NCBI GenBank assembly: GCA_965248955.1
Contig: OZ252212.1
Coordinates: 1,217,266-1,281,265, forward strand
Direction: 5' to 3'
Source of the DNA: Dehalococcoidia bacterium
Lineage (GTDB): Bacteria; Chloroflexota; Dehalococcoidia; Lucifugimonadales; QGNO01
DNA: 64,000 nt
Part shown: positions 9,251 to 19,380 of the stretch, in pieces
Numbering within the stretch: the first letter of the stretch is position 1
Layout: each line of letters starts with the position of its first letter
Program-made: the position numbers and the translations under genes
The notes under the pieces: generated by a model
Told to the model about the DNA's origin: nothing
What the model saw: the letters and a program-made list of their open reading frames with translations, nothing else
Databases searched by the model: none

Positions 9251-10158
9251 AGTGGCTGCAGCTGAGTGTTCGCACCACGCCCGAGTTCGTAGAGCCCGTC
9301 TCCGAGCTTCTCCGGCGCTATGGAGAAAGGGAAGTGATTGTCCAGGAAGAGGGCCACTGGGACCCGGACAACACCGGCGAAATGGCTCCGCCAACCTCTG
9401 TAGTGGTGATGACCTGCCTCCCCATGGGCTCAACGACGGGCAGCCGGCGTGAGATGATAGACGTTGGCATTCGCTTGGTTTCCATCTTGCAGCCTGGCGC
9501 TTCGCTGGAAGATAGAGTTGTAGATGAGGGTGAATGGGAAACCGCCTGGAAGTCTCGCTTCACCGTCAAGCACATTGGGAAAAGGCTGGTTCTCAAGCCT
9601 ACGTGGCAGATATACCAGCCCGCGCCGGGCGACGTTCTCATTGAGCTTGATCCCGGCATGGCGTTCGGCACGGGACACCACCCCACCACTCGCATGTGCC
9701 TGGAACAGCTAGAAAGGCTGCTGGTTCCCGGCATGCAAGTCCTTGACCTAGGCACAGGCTCGGGGATACTGGCTATTGCCGCTATGAAGCTAGGCGCCGG
9801 CTGCGTAGTGGGCCTGGACACCGATGAGACGGCGGTCCAGGTGGCGCGCGCCAATGTCGAACAGAACAGGACCTGCCGGGTACAGCTCATACACGGCTCT
9901 CTGCCTCACTCCAAGGTGCAGGACGACGAGTATGATCTGGCCCTAGCCAACGTTACCGCCAGTGTAGTCGCCTCCTCTGCCGAATCCCTCGCTCGGGCGC
10001 TGAGGAGAAACGGTGTTCTCATTGCTTCAGGCATCCTGGAGGAACGCCGGGAAGAGGTCGAAGCGGCGCTTGGGGAATCGTTCATTGTTGAGCAGTCCCT
10101 GACAGATGGCGACTGGTTGACTGTGGTGGCGCGGAAGCCGGGCTTACCATCTCAGTAG
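9247..10158 (+). CDS. prmA: Ribosomal protein L11 methyltransferase
   Basis: ATGA overlap with dnaJ. Motifs [22 protein letters not shown] and SAM motif [15 protein letters not shown]. The dnaJ-prmA order is classical. Confidence 0.9.
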   Translation: MKWLQLSVRTTPEFVEPVSELLRRYGEREVIVQEEGHWDPDNTGEMAPPTSVVVMTCLPMGSTTGSRREMIDVGIRLVSILQPGASLEDRVVDEGEWETAWKSRFTVKHIGKRLVLKPTWQIYQPAPGDVLIELDPGMAFGTGHHPTTRMCLEQLERLLVPGMQVLDLGTGSGILAIAAMKLGAGCVVGLDTDETAVQVARANVEQNRTCRVQLIHGSLPHSKVQDDEYDLALANVTASVVASSAESLARALRRNGVLIASGILEERREEVEAALGESFIVEQSLTDGDWLTVVARKPGLPSQ

Positions 10159-10791
10159 GCGTATTCCCGTGGCAAGAAAGTAGACGCCAAGAAGTCCCAG
10201 GAAGGAGCCGCAGACCAGGACTATGCCGCGGTAGACGTTTTGGGACAGAAAACGTTTGCCGGAGGCAACGGTGGCCGAAACAAAACCGTACCAGGCCAGA
10301 TCGGACAGAATATGCCCCAGGTAGAAAGAGGCTATGCCCATCAGGCCGGCCTCCAGTGAACGCGTAATCAGCGCCGCCCCCACCGTGAGCCACCACAGGG
10401 CCCAGAAGGGGTTGCTCAAGCTGACAAAGACCCCGCCTACCAGCGGTTTCAGGCTCAGGCTCGATTGTGGTGTGCCCTGCCCTGAAAGGTAAGGGACGTC
10501 TTTGGACGGGTTTCTCAGCAGCCCCCAGCTCATCCATACAAGGAAGCCTCCGCCCAGCAGTCCTATGGCTGCCACAACGGGGTCTGAGTTCAAGATTTGC
10601 GCCAGTCCAAAAGCCAGCGCTGCCACCGCAACCAGCTCCAGCAGGGAATGTCCGGCCACCACCAGGGGGCCTGCTATGAAGCCAATTCGGATGGTTTCCT
10701 TAATGTTGTAGGCAAGCAGAGGGCCCGGAGAGACTGCGCCGGAGAAGCCCACAAGGAACGAGTTTGCAAAGATTACAAGTATAAGCGCCAC
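10144..10791 (-). CDS. LysE/RhtB-family amino-acid exporter
   Basis: 215 aa, about 6 TM segments, N-terminal GxxxSPGP motif (FSGAVSPGPLLAY). Confidence 0.8.
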   Translation of the reverse strand: MALILVIFANSFLVGFSGAVSPGPLLAYNIKETIRIGFIAGPLVVAGHSLLELVAVAALAFGLAQILNSDPVVAAIGLLGGGFLVWMSWGLLRNPSKDVPYLSGQGTPQSSLSLKPLVGGVFVSLSNPFWALWWLTVGAALITRSLEAGLMGIASFYLGHILSDLAWYGFVSATVASGKRFLSQNVYRGIVLVCGSFLGLLGVYFLATGIRLLRW

Positions 10792-10830
10792 AGCAATTGG
10801 TCCGTTGGGCTTGCTTACTTCAACATCGAC

Positions 10831-11841
10831 TCATTCCGGCTGGGGCGCTCTTCCCAGAAGCTCCGAGACCGCCTGTTGGGGGTCGAGTCCTTCGAAAAGA
10901 ATTCGATAGGTCGCCTCTGTGATGGGCATTTCAACATTGAGATCGTGCGCCATCTTCATTGCCGCAGCCGTGGTGTCCACGCCTTCAGCCACGTTCGGCA
11001 TGGCAGCAAGGATATCGTTCAGCTTACGTCCTTTGGCCAGATGCTCTCCCACGTACCTGTTGCGGCTCAACGGACTTGCCGAGGTTGCTATGAGGTCGCC
11101 CAGGCCTGCCAGACCTGCAAAAGTCAACAGACTGGCGCCGGCCGCCACTCCCAGCCGGGTAATCTCTGCCAGCCCGCGGGTCATGAAAGCGGCCTTTGCG
11201 TTGTTTCCGAACCCCAGCCCGTCGCTTATGCCGGATCCAATGGCTATGGTGTTCTTCAAGGCTCCTCCCAACTCTACTCCGACCACGTCGGTGTTGGTGT
11301 AGACGCGGAAGTACGGCGTCATTATTACGGCCTGAGCCGCGCCGGCCAGCTCAGCATCTTTAGATGCGATCACGGTTGACGACGGGATCTGCTTTGCGAT
11401 CTCTTTGGACAGATTGGGCCCGGACAATACACCGATGCGGGAACTCAAGGGCTCAGGGAGCTCTTGCTCCATTACCTGGCTCATTCTGAATCCCGTACCG
11501 AGCTCCAGGCCTTTGGTGGCGCTGATGATCACTCCGGATGGATTCAGGCTGTTCCGCACCTGCTGAAGGTTTGCTCTGAATCTATTGGAGGGGACGGCTA
11601 TGATGACCAGGTCCGCCATTTGAAACGCTGCGTCCGTGGAACCGGTTACGGTCAGCGTCTCAGGAAAGAGAAAGCCGGGCAGCAGACGCTTGTTCTCACG
11701 GTCGTTGCTGAGAATGCGGGCCTCTTCCTGTGTTCTGGCCCACAACGTGACCTGGTGGCCCTGAGACGCCATGAGAATCGCCAGCGTAGTGCCCCAGCCA
11801 GTGGTGCCGATCACTCCTACTCTTTTCTTGTTTTGTGTCAT
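10831..11841 (-). CDS. gpsA: NAD(P)H-dependent glycerol-3-phosphate dehydrogenase
   Basis: VGVIGTTGWGTTLA Rossmann start, GALKNTIAIGSGISDGLGFGNNAKAA, SPLSRNRYVGEHLAKG. Confidence 0.9.
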   Translation of the reverse strand: MTQNKKRVGVIGTTGWGTTLAILMASQGHQVTLWARTQEEARILSNDRENKRLLPGFLFPETLTVTGSTDAAFQMADLVIIAVPSNRFRANLQQVRNSLNPSGVIISATKGLELGTGFRMSQVMEQELPEPLSSRIGVLSGPNLSKEIAKQIPSSTVIASKDAELAGAAQAVIMTPYFRVYTNTDVVGVELGGALKNTIAIGSGISDGLGFGNNAKAAFMTRGLAEITRLGVAAGASLLTFAGLAGLGDLIATSASPLSRNRYVGEHLAKGRKLNDILAAMPNVAEGVDTTAAAMKMAHDLNVEMPITEATYRILFEGLDPQQAVSELLGRAPQPE

Positions 11842-12476
11842 CTTGCATGGGGCGGTAGAGCCCCGGGAGGGCCACCGCCGAACTGTAAGCGGCTTTCAGT
11901 GCCATTGATCAGACGTTGGATGTTGCCCCGATGACGCCAGATGATCAGAGGTCCGCCGGCCGTTGTGTAAACTAGATACTGCCAGGGCGCCAAGTCCAAT
12001 GCAACCATGACCGGTATTGCCGCAACCGCCACTATTACCGCTGAAACCGACGCCAAGGAGACGTACCGACTGAAGGAGACGATGGGAACAAAGACGGCAA
12101 GAGCCAGAGCCGTCACTATAGGAGCCAACACAGTGATGGAACCTACGGCGGCTGCGATTCCTCGCCCACCTTGGAATCTGCTGAAGACCGGCCAGTTGTG
12201 CCCTGCGACTACGGAAAGAGCGGCCAGTGCTTCCAGGAGCGGGTCGTTGCTTACAAGCTTTGCCGCCAAGACTGCAATGATTCCTTTAGAGGTGTCTGCC
12301 ACAAGAACTATGACCGCCATACGGACGCCCAGTATGCGCAGGACATTGGTTGTTCCGGTGGAACCACTTCCGTGACGGCGTATGTCAACGCCATCTTTCA
12401 GCTTCCCCATTATCAATCCCCAGGAGATGCTTCCCAACAGATACGCTCCTGGTAGAATCAACGCGTACTCAATCAC
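11838..12476 (-). CDS. plsY: Glycerol-3-phosphate acyltransferase PlsY
   Basis: GSISWGLIMGKL...DIRRHGSGSTGTTNVLR, VVAGHNWPVFSRFQGGRGIA. 4-nt overlaps with both der and gpsA. Confidence 0.9.
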   Translation of the reverse strand: MIEYALILPGAYLLGSISWGLIMGKLKDGVDIRRHGSGSTGTTNVLRILGVRMAVIVLVADTSKGIIAVLAAKLVSNDPLLEALAALSVVAGHNWPVFSRFQGGRGIAAAVGSITVLAPIVTALALAVFVPIVSFSRYVSLASVSAVIVAVAAIPVMVALDLAPWQYLVYTTAGGPLIIWRHRGNIQRLINGTESRLQFGGGPPGALPPHAR

Positions 12477-13870
12477 TTCTTCCTGCCGTTCTTGAATTCC
12501 AGCTTCAAATGCGACCAGCGAAATCCCAGAGTTTCTCGCAAGCGGTTTTCCAGGTATCTTTGATAGGAGAAGTGCATCAGATCGGGATGGTTGACGTAGA
12601 AGGCGAAGGTTGGCGGGTTGACACCTTCCTGCGCCACTCTGTTCAGTTTCAGATAGCGCTTTCCCTTGTGCGGCGGCAGATGACGTGACATGGCCGATAA
12701 AACTTCACTGGTCAGCTTGTCTTGCGGCACCTCTTTCTTCAAGTCGTTGAATACCATCAATGCTGCATCCAGCGCCTCATCTATACCGCTCTCTTGTACG
12801 GCGGAAACAAACCTTATGGGAGCGTAGGGGATGAACCTGATCTTGTCCCGTATCAAAGCTATGCAAGCTGCTTCGTTCAGTTCCAGTTCATCCGCCAGGT
12901 CCCACTTGTTTACAAGCACCACCACTCCCTTGAATGCGTTGGCTACTTCTCCCAAGATGTGGGCGTCTTGGGCGGTTGCCAGCTCGGAGGCGTCGAACAC
13001 CAGGAACACCACGTCCGCCCTGTCTATGGAACGGATGGAGCGCAGGACACTGAAGTTCTCTATGCCGGGGACAACTTTACCTCGCCGCCGTATTCCGGCT
13101 GTGTCTATGATAAGAAACTGCTGCCCCTTGTACTGCAGAGAGGTGTCTATTGCATCGCGAGTGGTTCCGGGCACGTCGCTAACTATAGCCCGCTCCTCAC
13201 CCAGAATGGCGTTGAGCAACGAGGACTTGCCCACGTTGACGCGGCCTACTATGGCCAGCGAAAGCGTCTCTTCCTGCTCCGCCTCCTCATAATCGGCGGA
13301 GGGGAGCCGCTCTATCACTGCGTCCATCAGGTAATCCATGCCGAGGTTGTGGTGGGCGCTTATCGGAATGGGGTCGCCCAGGCTCAGTTCGTAGAACTCC
13401 GACGTACTCTGAAAAAGCTTGGGGTTGTCCACCTTGTTGACCGCCAGGAATACGGGCTTTTCCCACCTACGCAGACGATCTCTTATTTCCAGGTCCAACG
13501 GGGTTACGCCGTCCCGCACGTCGGTGAGGAAGACGATTGCATCCGCCGACTCAATGGCTGCTTCCACCTGCTCCTCTATCTCTTCCAATAGATTTGCCTG
13601 GGGAGAAGGGGCGCTCCCCGCCGCTGGATGCTCGCCGCCAAGGGCATGACGGATGGGAGCCTTGGGAGCGATGTTGCCGTGCTCCAAGCCGCCCGTATCG
13701 ACTATGATGAAGCTGCGCCCTTCCCAGGCGGCGTCCAGGGAGATGCGGTCCCTGGTAGTGCCCGGCTCCTCCGCGGTAACGGCGGCCCGGCGCCCTACGA
13801 GACGGTTAAACAATGTGGACTTCCCCACATTGGGGCGTCCTACAATGACGATTATAGGTTTGCTCATCAC
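12473..13870 (-). CDS. der: Ribosome-biogenesis GTPase Der (EngA), two GTPase domains + KH-like domain
   Basis: Two P-loops (GRPNVGKST, GRVNVGKSS), DTGG/DTAG, NKVD/NKWD. C-terminal KH-like region PPTFAFYVN. Confidence 0.95.
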   Translation of the reverse strand: MMSKPIIVIVGRPNVGKSTLFNRLVGRRAAVTAEEPGTTRDRISLDAAWEGRSFIIVDTGGLEHGNIAPKAPIRHALGGEHPAAGSAPSPQANLLEEIEEQVEAAIESADAIVFLTDVRDGVTPLDLEIRDRLRRWEKPVFLAVNKVDNPKLFQSTSEFYELSLGDPIPISAHHNLGMDYLMDAVIERLPSADYEEAEQEETLSLAIVGRVNVGKSSLLNAILGEERAIVSDVPGTTRDAIDTSLQYKGQQFLIIDTAGIRRRGKVVPGIENFSVLRSIRSIDRADVVFLVFDASELATAQDAHILGEVANAFKGVVVLVNKWDLADELELNEAACIALIRDKIRFIPYAPIRFVSAVQESGIDEALDAALMVFNDLKKEVPQDKLTSEVLSAMSRHLPPHKGKRYLKLNRVAQEGVNPPTFAFYVNHPDLMHFSYQRYLENRLRETLGFRWSHLKLEFKNGRKK

Positions 13871-14814
13871 AAAGACGGTAAGCCGGACTTACCACCACTC
13901 CGTCCTTCTAGAATCTTTTCAAGAACTGCTTTTTGAGCGTGCAACCGGTTTTCCGCTTGGTCGAACACCACGGACGCGGGATGCTCCAGCATGCCGTTGC
14001 CGACCTCTTCTCCGTGGTGTGCGGGCAGTGGGTGCATGAAGATAGCCCCAGGCTTGGCAAGCTCCATCAGGCTGGGGTTTACCTGGTATCCTTTGAAGGT
14101 CTCCAGCCTCTCTTTTGTTTCATCTTCCTGTCCCATGCTGACCCAGACATCCGTGTAGACAACGTCTGCTCCGGCCACCGCTTCTTCAGGCGCTGCGACC
14201 TGCATGACCCCGGACCCGCCGGCCTTTGCCCGTTGGCCGGCCATCCGCAGCAAGGTTGCGGGAAGCCCGTACCCCTCCGGGGAGGCGATGGTGCAGCTGG
14301 CTCCCAGGGATGCAGCAGCCAGCGCCAGACTGGCGGCAACATTGTTGCCGTCTCCAACTAAAGCTATGGATACGCCGTCGGTCTTACCGAAGCTCTCTTG
14401 GATAGTGAGCATGTCTCCCAGCGCTTGGCAGGGATGCTCTACGTCTGATAGGGCATTGATCACGGGGACGGAAGCGTGCTTGGCCAGCTCTTCCAGCGTT
14501 TGGTGCTCGTAGACGCGCGCCACAATGGCGTCTACGTACCTGGAAAGCACGCGGGCCACGTCTGAGATGGCCTCCCGGCCTCCCAGACCCACTTCGTCCT
14601 TGCCAAGGTATACGGGGTGCCCCCCCAGCTGCTTGATCCCTACGTCGAAGCTGACTCTTGTGCGCAACGACGGTTTCTCGAAGAGCAAGGCTACGCTCTT
14701 GCCCTGCAACGCCGTGCTCGGCTCGCCCCCCTTCAGGAGCGAGGCGCGTCCAACGACCTGCCGAATCTCTTCCGGCGAGAGGTCGGCTATGGATAGGAAG
14801 TCTCGTTTGGCCAA
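13867..14814 (-). CDS. argF: Ornithine carbamoyltransferase
   Basis: SLRTRVSF carbamoyl-phosphate motif, EHPCQALGD (HPxQ), FMHPLPAHHGEEV. TTG start with a GGAGG 7 nt upstream. 4-nt overlap with der. Confidence 0.88.
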   Translation of the reverse strand: MAKRDFLSIADLSPEEIRQVVGRASLLKGGEPSTALQGKSVALLFEKPSLRTRVSFDVGIKQLGGHPVYLGKDEVGLGGREAISDVARVLSRYVDAIVARVYEHQTLEELAKHASVPVINALSDVEHPCQALGDMLTIQESFGKTDGVSIALVGDGNNVAASLALAAASLGASCTIASPEGYGLPATLLRMAGQRAKAGGSGVMQVAAPEEAVAGADVVYTDVWVSMGQEDETKERLETFKGYQVNPSLMELAKPGAIFMHPLPAHHGEEVGNGMLEHPASVVFDQAENRLHAQKAVLEKILEGRSGGKSGLPSL

Positions 14815-14912
14815 AAATCAGCCTCCAATTGCCAACAGTATAACGGGAGTAGGATAGGGTTAATAGAGTGCGACGCTCACTACCGGCGTGGTTAACCGGG
14901 AGGAGGGAGTTT

Positions 14913-16052
14913 CTATATGCGTCCGGCTAGCTGAAAAGCCTTGCCCTCGGTAGCTATGGCGGGGGCTATTACCATCTCGGCTTGCTGCAACTCGCGGATG
15001 CTAAGCGCACCGCACATTCCCATGCAGACCCGCAGCGCACCGACTAGGTTTTGCGTCCCATCCGTACGGCTTGTGGGCCCAAAGAGCAGCTGGTCCAGGG
15101 TCCCCTTGGTGCCGGTCTTTATTCTGGTGCCCCTGGGCAGGGCCGGGTGAGGCGTGGCCATGCCCCAGTTGAACCCTTTGCCGGGAGCCTCTTCCGTCTG
15201 AGCAAAGGGCGTGCCGATCATCACTGCGTCGGCGCCTGCTACTATCGATTTGCACAGGTCTCCGCCGGTGCGAATGCCGCCGTCGGTGATTACTGATACG
15301 TATCGCCCTGTGCGGCGGTAGTACTCGTCCCTGGCGGCGGCGCAGTCCACGGTGGCGGTAACCTGAGGAACGCCGACGCCGGTCACCTCTCGCGTAGTGC
15401 ATGCGGCGCCGGGTCCTACGCCAACCAGGATGGCCGCTACACCAGTTTCCATCAGCTCTATGCTGGCACTATAAGTAACGCAGTTGCCCACCACTATCGG
15501 TGCATTGACCTGCTCGACGAGATCGGAGAAGACCAGGCCATGATAGCTCTTGGATACGTGCTGTGCCGTGGTCACCGTCGACTGCACCACCAGGATGTCC
15601 GCCCCAGCCTCTACCGCCACAGGTCCCATCCGCTTGGTGTTCTGCGGAGTAAATGAAACGGCGCAGGTTGCCCCTGCGCCTTTGATTTGCTCGACTCGTT
15701 TTGCCACCAAGTCATCTTTGATGGGCTCTTGGTACAGCTTTTGCAAGACCTCCGTAACCGTTTCTGCCGGCGCTGTTGTGATTTCGGCTATCTTGCCGGC
15801 GGCGTCTTCGTAGCGGGAATACAGCCCCTCCATGTTCAATACGCCGAGGCCACCCATATCACTTAACCTCACCGCGACGTCCGGAGAGACCACCGCATCC
15901 ATGGCAGATGCAATGATGGGAAGGGAGAAACGCAAATGGCCGATCTCCAGGTCCAGTTTTGCTTGCTCAGGGTTTACCGTCACATCGCCGGGTACTATGG
16001 CGACGTCTTCAAAGCCGTAGGCATGCCGGATCTCTTTCAACGTTCCGATCAT
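14913..16052 (-). CDS. GuaB3-type IMP dehydrogenase-related protein (no CBS pair)
   Basis: IMPDH TIM-barrel motifs ([47 protein letters not shown]) without a CBS insertion. The ORF is open to 16148. Homology begins at MIGTLKEI (ATG 16052), so the start is uncertain. Confidence 0.8.
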   Translation of the reverse strand: MIGTLKEIRHAYGFEDVAIVPGDVTVNPEQAKLDLEIGHLRFSLPIIASAMDAVVSPDVAVRLSDMGGLGVLNMEGLYSRYEDAAGKIAEITTAPAETVTEVLQKLYQEPIKDDLVAKRVEQIKGAGATCAVSFTPQNTKRMGPVAVEAGADILVVQSTVTTAQHVSKSYHGLVFSDLVEQVNAPIVVGNCVTYSASIELMETGVAAILVGVGPGAACTTREVTGVGVPQVTATVDCAAARDEYYRRTGRYVSVITDGGIRTGGDLCKSIVAGADAVMIGTPFAQTEEAPGKGFNWGMATPHPALPRGTRIKTGTKGTLDQLLFGPTSRTDGTQNLVGALRVCMGMCGALSIRELQQAEMVIAPAIATEGKAFQLAGRI

Positions 16053-16487
16053 TTTGCACACTCTGCCAAGTAAATTTGGCGGAGTATAGCACCTCCTTCT
16101 AGTCCTCTCAATGCTTTTTCTGGGTAGTTCTCTCATGTTATTAGACATGCCCCCGCCCTTGGATTCCCGCTCGGGGGAGTAATGGCGGAAGGGGGCAGTG
16201 GTGGGTGTCGTCCCCGTCGGATTGTTCGGTTTCTAGTAGAGGCAAGCGGAGGAGGCAGCAGGCTTGTAGTCGCCTACGATAAGGATGGAGTGGCCGATTG
16301 CGAATTTTGATAACTGAGCGGCAATAAATTGAAAGGGACAATGGCGCAGCGAGTTTCCTTGACTGCTCAAGTGGCCTGTTGTTAGCATAGCGTCGCCATC
16401 TACCGTTTGGAGATGAGCAGAGATGTTTAGGAATGAATCGCCGCTGGGATCCCTGGCGACCGAGACGGCGGAAGCGACAACGCTAAG

Positions 16488-16529
16488 TTGCAAAGCGCCT
16501 TCCCGGTCCTTAGGGAAGGCGCTTTGCAA
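16488..16529 (+). other. Perfect 17-bp hairpin/palindrome abutting the dmpA-like start codon
   Basis: TTGCAAAGCGCCTTCCC (16488-16504), 8-nt loop, GGGAAGGCGCTTTGCAA (16513-16529). The last stem base is the A of the ATG at 16529. No U-tract on either strand. Confidence 0.7.
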
Positions 16530-17527
16530 TGGACAAGATATCAGGGTCTATAACGGATATACCGGGAATCATGGTTGGACACAGAACCGACCTTGAGCAT
16601 GCCACGGGCTGCACAGTGGTGCTTTGTCCCCCAGGTACTGTCGGTGGCGTCGATGTCAGGGGCTCTGCTCCGGGCACGCGGGAGACGGATCTGTTGAGGC
16701 CGGGTAACCTGGTCGATGAGGTCCACGCGATTCTCCTCAGTGGGGGGAGCGCCTACGGTTTGGACGCTGCTTCCGGGGTCATGCGTTACCTGGAAGAGAA
16801 AGGCACGGGTTACCAAGTTGGCCGAGTAGTAGTGCCTATTGTCCCCGGCGCCATCATCTTCGACCTGGGCCTGGGTAGCTCCAGCGTAAGACCCACGGCT
16901 GACGACGGCTATATTGCTTGCCGGAGCGCTGCTTCCGGCGAAGTGGCGGAGGGTACCGTGGGGGCGGGCACGGGAGCTACCGTGGCCAAAGCACTGGGAC
17001 TGAGGTATGCCGTCAAGGGTGGGCTGGGTACTTGCAGCCGGGACCTGGGCGATGGCCTTGTAGTATCCGCCATCGCCGTGGTCAATGCCTGGGGCGACGT
17101 TGTAGACCCGGAGACGTGCCGCGTCATTGCCGCTCCCAGGACTGAAGACGACGACGGTTTCCATAGCACTGTTGAGCTTGTGGCCCGTCCTTGCTCTGAA
17201 TGGCCCCAGGTTCAGGTGGTTGCCGGCGGTAACACGACCATAGGCGTGCTGGCTACTAACGCTTCTCTCAGCAAAGAGCAGGCCAATAAGCTGGCGGAAC
17301 GCGGCCAGGATGGCATCGCGCTTGCCGTGAGGCCGTCCCATACCATGGGCGACGGCGATACCGTATTCGCTCTGGCTACGGACGCCTGGCAAGGCCAAGT
17401 GGACCGCATGCAGTTTACAAGGCTTGGCGCAGTGGCCGCTTCGGTAATGGCGCAGGCGGTCGTCAGGGGCGTTACGCAGGCCAGCGGGCTGGCCTGCGTA
17501 CCTTCCGCAAGGGAGCTCGAGCGCTGA
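16529..17527 (+). CDS. P1/S58-family peptidase (DmpA-like L-aminopeptidase/D-esterase)
   Basis: ITDIPGIMVGH...TGCTVVL, VDVRGSAPGTRETDLL, SGGSAYGLDA, GNTTIGVLATNA (self-processing Ntn-type site context). Confidence 0.8.
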   Translation: MDKISGSITDIPGIMVGHRTDLEHATGCTVVLCPPGTVGGVDVRGSAPGTRETDLLRPGNLVDEVHAILLSGGSAYGLDAASGVMRYLEEKGTGYQVGRVVVPIVPGAIIFDLGLGSSSVRPTADDGYIACRSAASGEVAEGTVGAGTGATVAKALGLRYAVKGGLGTCSRDLGDGLVVSAIAVVNAWGDVVDPETCRVIAAPRTEDDDGFHSTVELVARPCSEWPQVQVVAGGNTTIGVLATNASLSKEQANKLAERGQDGIALAVRPSHTMGDGDTVFALATDAWQGQVDRMQFTRLGAVAASVMAQAVVRGVTQASGLACVPSARELER

Positions 17528-17694
17528 TGGATGAGTTCCAAAGGATAGGGTTTCTAGCGGCCGGCCGCACCGCGTACACGTTGGCGCCGGCTATTTCCGC
17601 GGCGGGATACCTCATTTCCGCCGTGGCCGGTCGTTCATTCGTATCGGCGAGTGCGTTTCAGGAGAGGATAGGCTCCGGTTAAAGGGAGGGCACA

Positions 17695-18528
17695 ATGCGG
17701 ACGAGAGTACGTCAGTTCAAGGACATGAAGCAAAGGGGAGAGCGTATCACCTCCGTAACCGCCTACGATTATGCCATGGCACGCCTCGCCGACAAGGCCG
17801 GCATACCTCTGCTTCTGGTGGGAGACAGTTTAGGCAACGTGGTCTTGGGTTACAAGACCACGGTCCGCGTCACCATGGCTGAAATGCTGCATCACACAAA
17901 GGCCGTCGTCAGAGGGGCCAGGCACGCTCTGGTTGTATCTGACATGCCGTTCATGTCATACCAGGTGAGCACGGAAGAGGCGTTGCGAAACGCCGGCAGG
18001 CTGATCCAGGAGGGCGGAGCCCAAGCTGTCAAGCTGGAAGGCGGTGCCCGTTCCGCGGAGACGGTTAGACGAATTGTTGAAGCAGGCATTCCGGTCATGG
18101 GGCATATTGGTCTGACCCCTCAGTCGGAGCATGCTTTGGGGGGTTTCAGAGTTCAGGGCCAGGACTTGGCTGGCGCGCTTGCTCTGATCGATGACGCGGC
18201 GGCGCTGGAAGAGGCTGGCGCTTTTGCCGTTGTTTTGGAGACTATCCCTTCAGAGCTGGCCCGCATCATTACTAAGCGGCTCACTATCCCAACAATCGGG
18301 ATAGGGGCAGGTCCCGACTGCGACGGTGAAATCCAGGTCGTCTACGAGATACTAGGACTCACGCCTCGCGCTCACAAGCATGCCGCGTTATACGCCAACC
18401 TCAGCGAAGCGATCACGCAGGCGCTCGCCGCTTATCAGCGAGAAGTGCAGGAGCACAGGTTTCCTACCGAAGACCAGAGCTTCCACATGGACGAGGCCAT
18501 GCTGGCAGACCTGCTTGCTACAACCTAG
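17695..18528 (+). CDS. panB: 3-methyl-2-oxobutanoate hydroxymethyltransferase
   Basis: ITSVTAYDY, LLVGDSLGNVVLGY, VSDMPF, VKLEGG, GHIGLTPQS. AGGGAGGG Shine-Dalgarno upstream. Confidence 0.9.
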   Translation: MRTRVRQFKDMKQRGERITSVTAYDYAMARLADKAGIPLLLVGDSLGNVVLGYKTTVRVTMAEMLHHTKAVVRGARHALVVSDMPFMSYQVSTEEALRNAGRLIQEGGAQAVKLEGGARSAETVRRIVEAGIPVMGHIGLTPQSEHALGGFRVQGQDLAGALALIDDAAALEEAGAFAVVLETIPSELARIITKRLTIPTIGIGAGPDCDGEIQVVYEILGLTPRAHKHAALYANLSEAITQALAAYQREVQEHRFPTEDQSFHMDEAMLADLLATT

Positions 18529-18531
18529 TCG

Positions 18532-19380
18532 ATGGATGTTATCGGCACCGTATCCGCCATGATGAAGGCTCGCGATGGGGCGGAGCGTCCCCTTGGACTG
18601 GTTCCGACCATGGGCTATCTCCACCAGGGTCATATGACGCTTGTAGAGCAGGCAAGGAACGACAACAGAAGCGTGGTGGTGTCCGTATTCGTCAATCCTA
18701 CCCAGTTCGGCCCTGGGGAGGATCTGGACGGCTATCCCCGCAACTTCGAGCGGGACGTCGCCATGCTTGCCGGACAAGGTGTGGACATCGTTTTTGCCCC
18801 TGATCCCGGCCAAATGTACCCGACCGGTTACTCGACTTACGTTGACGTGGGTGAAATCGGAGAGAGGCTGGAAGGCAAACATCGTCCCGGACATTTTCGG
18901 GGCGTCGTCACCGTAGTGACCAAGCTGCTCACCATCGTACGTCCTGACCGTGCCTACATCGGGCAGAAGGACGGGCAGCAGACGCTGGTCATCAAGCGGC
19001 TCAACTACGACCTCAACCTGGGAGCGGAAATCGTCGTCATGCCTACGGTGCGTGAACCGGATGGCCTGGCAATGAGTAGCCGCAACGTCTACCTCACTCC
19101 GCGGCAGAGGATTAACGCCGCCGTTTTGTACAAAGCCCTCTCCATGGCCAGGGAGATGTGGTGGAAGGGTGAGACGGATGCCGGCGTGCTGCGCGGGGAG
19201 ATGGAGCGTGTTATCAATGAGGGGTCTCCGTCCAGGCTTGACTACGTCAGCATCGCCGCACTAGACACTTTGGAGGAGATGGGTAGGGTAGTTGCTCCCG
19301 CCATGGCTTCGGTCGCTGCCTGGTTCGGCAAGGCTCGCCTCATCGATAACGTGATTCTGAGGGAAGAGGGTACGCAGTGA
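18532..19380 (+). CDS. panC: Pantoate--beta-alanine ligase
   Basis: LVPTMGYLHQGHMTLV, VSVFVNPTQFGPGEDLD, GHFRGVVTVVTKL, AYIGQKDGQQ. Confidence 0.9.
   Translation: MDVIGTVSAMMKARDGAERPLGLVPTMGYLHQGHMTLVEQARNDNRSVVVSVFVNPTQFGPGEDLDGYPRNFERDVAMLAGQGVDIVFAPDPGQMYPTGYSTYVDVGEIGERLEGKHRPGHFRGVVTVVTKLLTIVRPDRAYIGQKDGQQTLVIKRLNYDLNLGAEIVVMPTVREPDGLAMSSRNVYLTPRQRINAAVLYKALSMAREMWWKGETDAGVLRGEMERVINEGSPSRLDYVSIAALDTLEEMGRVVAPAMASVAAWFGKARLIDNVILREEGTQ

Noticed and set aside
10597-11379. 260-aa plus-strand ORF; also the 289-aa plus-strand ORF at 12722-13591
   Set aside because: They are antisense to gpsA/LysE and to der, which carry unambiguous motifs. The composition is shadow-ORF-like.
16170-16215. 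GGCGGAAGGGGGCAG string resembling the SRP-RNA domain IV GGAA tetraloop region
   Set aside because: The flanking bases cannot form the closing helix or the conserved AGCA/GGA symmetric loop on either strand.
16233-16529. 98-aa minus-strand ORF filling the long guaB3/dmpA spacer
   Set aside because: Its TTG start and first 14 codons are encoded by the perfect palindrome itself. There is no Shine-Dalgarno and no recognisable motif. I kept it only as a caveat to the hairpin finding.
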